From Pseudomonadota bacterium (lineage in GTDB: Bacteria; Myxococcota_A; UBA796; SXON01): a stretch of DNA of 64,000 bases. The DNA is taken from positions 5,272 through 69,271 of the forward strand of contig JAUXTN010000246.1 of NCBI GenBank assembly GCA_030684355.1, read 5' to 3'. The notes under the pieces were generated by a model. The model worked only from the letters and a program-made list of their open reading frames with translations, made no database searches and was not told the origin of the DNA. Numbering within the stretch: position 1 is the first letter of the stretch; every line of letters begins with the position of its first letter. Made by a program: the position numbers and the translations under genes. Of this stretch, positions 60,321 to 64,000 are shown in pieces.

Positions 60321-60335
60321 GCAAGACGCGGACCA
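60321..60335 (-). promoter_or_regulatory. Sigma54 -24/-12 promoter of the multicopper oxidase
   Basis: TGGTCCGCGTCTTGC on the minus strand. Confidence 0.65.
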
Positions 60336-60380
60336 GCGCGGTTGCCCCCGCTCCCTTGCCCCTCGAGTCCCTCGGCCCGC

Positions 60381-60737
60381 CTACTGCACCGGCGTGCGTC
60401 CCTTCTGCCAGCGCTGAAGCGTCTCGATCTCCTTCGTCTGGTCGTCGATCACCTTCTGGGCGACCGCCCGCAGCTCAGGGTCCGTCCCGTACTGGAGCTC
60501 CACGTTCGCCATGTCGATCGCGCCCTGGTGGTGAGCGATCATCATGCTCGCGAAGTCCTCGTCCGCGTTGCCGACCATGGGCTTCGCCATCATCCCGCGG
60601 TTCATCTTCTCCGCCGCCTGCATGAACGCCTGCTCGGCTGACTGCGCGGTGGCATCCGGCCCTCCGCTCGGCGCGGCACCGAGCAGGAGTCCGAGGCTGA
60701 CGACGGCGGCTCCCAGAAACGTGCGACTGAACGGCAT
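60381..60737 (-). CDS. DUF305 (CopM-like) metal-binding protein
   Basis: DEDFASMMIAHHQGAIDMA..EL.YG.DPEL...QTKEI. Confidence 0.9.
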   Translation of the reverse strand: MPFSRTFLGAAVVSLGLLLGAAPSGGPDATAQSAEQAFMQAAEKMNRGMMAKPMVGNADEDFASMMIAHHQGAIDMANVELQYGTDPELRAVAQKVIDDQTKEIETLQRWQKGRTPVQ

Positions 60738-60813
60738 TTCGCCTCCCTACGTCCTAAGTAAGCGCGTGGGCCACTCCAACCGCGGCCAGCTGACTTCCGT
60801 GCTGGACGCGCAT

Positions 60814-61129
60814 GACCTGGCAGACCTCGGCGGACCTGGTTTGACGGGGGTGTATGCAGATATTGTTCAGGTCGAACGCTCACAATAGGACGCCGCCATA
60901 CCTGGTGGACCTCTTTGGGCCACTCCTGCAGACACGAAGCTTTTCCCACGGCCACGTCGAGGAAGAGGTACTCTTTTGAGTAGACAGCGGTAGAAGGTCT
61001 ACCAAGTCCGCCACTCCGCCAAAGTGTAGGAGATTCGTGTGGAATCGGTGGCAGACAAGGTCCAGATCATAGGTCCGCCGAGGTCCGCCAGGTCTGCCTC
61101 GGCAGGAGATGACTCAGGGAACGTCTACC
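60814..61129. repeat. Array of GGYRGACCT 9-mers in both orientations with a 24-bp inverted repeat (origin-like)
   Basis: Direct copies at 60819, 60829, 60904; inverted at 60995, 61071, 61081, 61090; 60814-60837 vs 61071-61094 differ by one base. Confidence 0.75.
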
Positions 61130-61175
61130 TCGACATAGCAGGCATCCTTGGATGAAGATCGACGAACGGTCTCGG

Positions 61176-61664
61176 CTACGCTGCCTCCACCCCAATCTCC
61201 CCGAAACGCCCCAACGGCACCGCCTTCCGCATCCCCGGCCGAAGCCGCACGGCGAACTCCGCCACCGTCCCTCCGCTCGCCCCCGAGGTGAACCGCGGCC
61301 CGAGCGCATCGCCCGCGGCGAGCTCGGCGGCGAGCTGCGCCCGGAGCACGTCGACGGCGGCCGGCGGCACGATGAGGACGAGCGCGCCGTGGTGATTGTA
61401 GAAGCCGATCTCGCCCATGAGCTTCACCGGGATGGAGAGCCCCTCGCCGTCGGGGATGGCGAGCGGGTACACGTCGACCGGGCCGGCGGTGCCCGACCGC
61501 TGGTACCGCGAGCCGATCATCAGCGGGGCGAGCGCCTCGGCGAGGTCCATGCCGACGAGGGCCTTGAGCCCGTCGAAGGAGAACGGGCCGAGCCGCACGG
61601 CCGTGGTCGGCGCGGTGAGGTTGACCCGCAGCGCCGAGCGGTCCTCGCGAAGAGCCGGGTTCAC
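61176..61664 (-). CDS. Hypothetical protein
   Basis: 162-aa ORF with gene-like codon usage, GTGA-coupled to upstream gene. Confidence 0.7.
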   Translation of the reverse strand: MNPALREDRSALRVNLTAPTTAVRLGPFSFDGLKALVGMDLAEALAPLMIGSRYQRSGTAGPVDVYPLAIPDGEGLSIPVKLMGEIGFYNHHGALVLIVPPAAVDVLRAQLAAELAAGDALGPRFTSGASGGTVAEFAVRLRPGMRKAVPLGRFGEIGVEAA

Positions 61665-62221
61665 GCGCCCTCCGTCGCGTCCGCGGCGGGACGCCGCGCG
61701 TTGGCGGGGAGCACCTCGGGCACGAGGGCGTCCCCGTTGCCGTGGTCCTCCTCCTCCACCTCCATCGCGTCCTCGAGGTCGGTGTCCTCGTCACCCTCGT
61801 CCCCGTCGTCGGCGGGGTCCTCATCGGCATCGTCGTCACCCTCACGCCCGCGGGCCGCGCCCTCGAGCAGGTCGAGCATCTCGTCCTGCCCCTTGGCGAT
61901 GACGACCAGCGCCTTGCGGATGCCGGGGAGGTGCCGCAGGGCGGTGAGCGCCTTCGGGTCGAGCCCGCCGAGCGCGGCCTGGATGCCCTTGAGCGTGGCG
62001 TGGATGTCCGCGAGCGCCTGGACCTGGCGGAAGGTGAGGTGCGCCTGGTGGAACGCCTGCTCCTCGGGCTCCATCTCTGCGAAGGCCTCGGCGGACTCGA
62101 GGAGCGCCTCCTTCGTGCGGCCGTCGAAGCTGTCGGCGTAGAAGCGGTCGATCACATCGGCCCACTCGGGCTTCTTCTCGGTGCGGATGCGGGGCAGACG
62201 GGTAGCGCGGGTCTCCGACAT
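61661..62221 (-). CDS. Hypothetical protein with acidic C-terminal tract
   Basis: GGAGG RBS; helical N-terminus; D/E-rich tail. Confidence 0.75.
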   Translation of the reverse strand: MSETRATRLPRIRTEKKPEWADVIDRFYADSFDGRTKEALLESAEAFAEMEPEEQAFHQAHLTFRQVQALADIHATLKGIQAALGGLDPKALTALRHLPGIRKALVVIAKGQDEMLDLLEGAARGREGDDDADEDPADDGDEGDEDTDLEDAMEVEEEDHGNGDALVPEVLPANARRPAADATEGA

Positions 62222-62257
62222 GGAGCCTCCTGGGGGGTGGACGGTTGGGAGAGCGGG

Positions 62258-63283
62258 TCAGGCCGCGGCGGGCTGGTCCTGCGGCGAAGCGTTCGGGGGC
62301 GCGGCGGAGCGAGCGGCCATCATCAGCAGCTCGGCGAGCTCCTTCCGCGTTTTCTCGTCCCGGAGCATCTTGCGGACCTCCGGGTTCTTCATCGCGTCCA
62401 ACAGCTCGGGCGACGCGTTGACGATCTCGGCGAGCTCCATCAGCTCGGGCGCCATGCCGAACTTGGCGGAGGCGAAGACGCGGCCGAAGGTCCCGAGCTC
62501 TGAGATGAACTGCTTGCCGAGCTCCTCGCGCATGCGGCTCGCGTCCACGTCCTCGCGGCGCGTGGTGTCCGCCTCCGCGACGCCGACGCGCATCTTGACC
62601 ACCTCGCCCATCAGCTCCTCGAGCACCCGCTGGAGCCGCAGGATCTGCGTGTTCTGGTTCGAGATGGTGGTGTTCTGGAGCGTGGCGAGGTGGGCGTAGG
62701 ACTTCTGGAGGAGCTCGATGAGGTGGGTGTAGCCGCCCCCCAGCGCGCCCCAGACACGGGCCTCGGGCAGGGATTCGAGCGAGGGGTGCGCGGGCGCGGC
62801 GGCCACCGTGGGGGCGGGGAAGGACGAAGCCGGGAGCGCGGTGGATGCGGGCACCGACGGCGCGACCGGCGCGTCCGGATCGAACGTCGGATCCATGCAA
62901 CCGAAGCGCGCCGAGAACAGGATCTGTTCGCCCTTCGGGCGCCACACGAACACGCGGAACCGGCACTCGGCCCGACCCGGCATGTTCTGGGAGGCCGTCT
63001 CCCGGATCCAACGACACACTCCCTCGGCGAGGCGCAGCGCGGGGTCGTCTAGCGTGGCCGCGTCACCGAGCTCCCCGAGCTCGCCCGCCTCCTCGAACTC
63101 GACCGGAGGCGCGGGGTCGAACGCATACGGCGCGAGGTCCGTCTCCGTGAAGTCGACACGGCCGATCCCCTCGATGTGGTGGCGGTCCACCACCTCGGAG
63201 ACGGAGACGTAGCCGATGTCCGCGCGCACCTGGCGGATGCGGCGCTCGATCGTTTCCAGGGAGTCGTACACGTATCGCGACAT
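62258..63283 (-). CDS. Hypothetical protein with Pro/Ala linker and C-terminal coiled coil
   Basis: ATG 63283 (MSRYVYDS...); long helical C-terminal region. Confidence 0.75.
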   Translation of the reverse strand: MSRYVYDSLETIERRIRQVRADIGYVSVSEVVDRHHIEGIGRVDFTETDLAPYAFDPAPPVEFEEAGELGELGDAATLDDPALRLAEGVCRWIRETASQNMPGRAECRFRVFVWRPKGEQILFSARFGCMDPTFDPDAPVAPSVPASTALPASSFPAPTVAAAPAHPSLESLPEARVWGALGGGYTHLIELLQKSYAHLATLQNTTISNQNTQILRLQRVLEELMGEVVKMRVGVAEADTTRREDVDASRMREELGKQFISELGTFGRVFASAKFGMAPELMELAEIVNASPELLDAMKNPEVRKMLRDEKTRKELAELLMMAARSAAPPNASPQDQPAAA

Positions 63284-63359
63284 CGGTCGATTTCCGGGGG
63301 CCAGCGAGGTCGCCAACCGTGCTGGAACCGTATCTCAGCACCGCTTCCACGGGCGGAAA

Positions 63360-63635
63360 AACCGCTTACCGCCTCCTACCGCGCTTACCGCGTACGCCTA
63401 CCGCGCCCGGCCGATTCCTTACCGCAGTGGTTTCCGCGGCTTGGAATTGACTTACCGCGCGCCCAAGCGTCGTCTACCGCGCCACGATCGGTTTCGAGGT
63501 GCGCTTACCGCGGCCTCAGGGTGCGCCTACCGCGCGGCGCGCACGCTTTCCACGCGACCCTCATCGTCTACCGCGGCGGGGGTGGCACTTACCGCCAGGA
63601 TGTCGATGGGGCGCGGTAGGAAGCGGTAAGCGGAA
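63360..63635. repeat. Helically phased YTACCGC iteron-like array
   Basis: TACCGC at 63367, 63377, 63386, 63399, 63420, 63453, 63475, 63506, 63528, 63569, 63590; inverted GCGGTA at 63613 and 63623. Confidence 0.85.
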
Positions 63636-63745
63636 GTCCCTTCCTGTGCCGGTTCGGGGCTCATAGTTGGTTTGTGTCGGCCGGGTTGTGCCGGCCCCCC
63701 ACTCTGACCGGCACGGCTGGTCCCATCCCCGAGGAAGTCACCCCC

Positions 63746-64000
63746 ATGAGCACCGCTCTCTCCAAGGCCGTCGCAGGCGAGAAGGTTCCCGACAGCAAGA
63801 AGAACGGCGTCCTCTCCGAGGCGCTCGACAAGGTCAAGAGCCTGGGCGGGCGCATCTCGAAGGCCAAGGAGATGTCGGAGACGCTCGCGGACGCCGTGAT
63901 CGCCACCGCGGAGACGCAGGGCACCGTGTTCGCGGCCTCGTTCGCCGAGGGGTACTTCGGCGAGGAGAAGATGGACGTGGGCCCGGTCGACCTGCGGCTC
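63746..64000 (+). CDS. Hypothetical protein (partial; runs off right edge)
   Basis: GAGG RBS, ATG 63746; MSTALSKAVAGEKVPDSKKNG...FAASFAEGYFGEEKMDVGPVDLRL, open to the window end. Confidence 0.75.
   Translation, partial: MSTALSKAVAGEKVPDSKKNGVLSEALDKVKSLGGRISKAKEMSETLADAVIATAETQGTVFAASFAEGYFGEEKMDVGPVDLRL

Noticed and set aside
63360-63635. CRISPR array
   Set aside because: Repeat is only 6-7 bp, spacing is irregular, and there are no cas genes

Overview
Very high-GC window with myxobacterial/deltaproteobacterial-like gene content (inference). 1-15.4 kb is host chromosome: two radical SAM genes plus a DegT-family aminotransferase, a tandem pair of alkaline-phosphatase-superfamily/Asp-box lipoproteins, def-fmt-rpe, a sulfatase-like lipoprotein, a ZIP-like/ArsP-type metal permease with a long His-rich tail, a Fur-family regulator, two gene remnants and REP-like hairpins. 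From tRNA-Pro(CGG) (15373-15448) to beyond the right edge lies an integrated element; no second att copy was seen. Its left arm encodes a large serine recombinase whose stop codon lies inside the tRNA, an AEP primase/P-loop helicase fusion, a BRO-N protein, a small RDF-like protein and a wHTH protein. About 37 kb of cargo follows: two heavy-metal RND systems, a sigma54 two-component system, CopA, a multicopper oxidase, DUF305/YHS/Met-rich proteins, and type II GAPDH, LDH, PFK and a TreT-YHS fusion. The cargo carries at least six sigma54 promoters and a recurring TGTGAC-N7-GTYACA palindrome. The right arm has unknown genes and two different iteron-like arrays (60.8-61.1 kb; a helically phased TACCGC array at 63.36-63.64 kb) ahead of a divergent gene that may start a virion-like module. 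All calls were made by eye without database searches.
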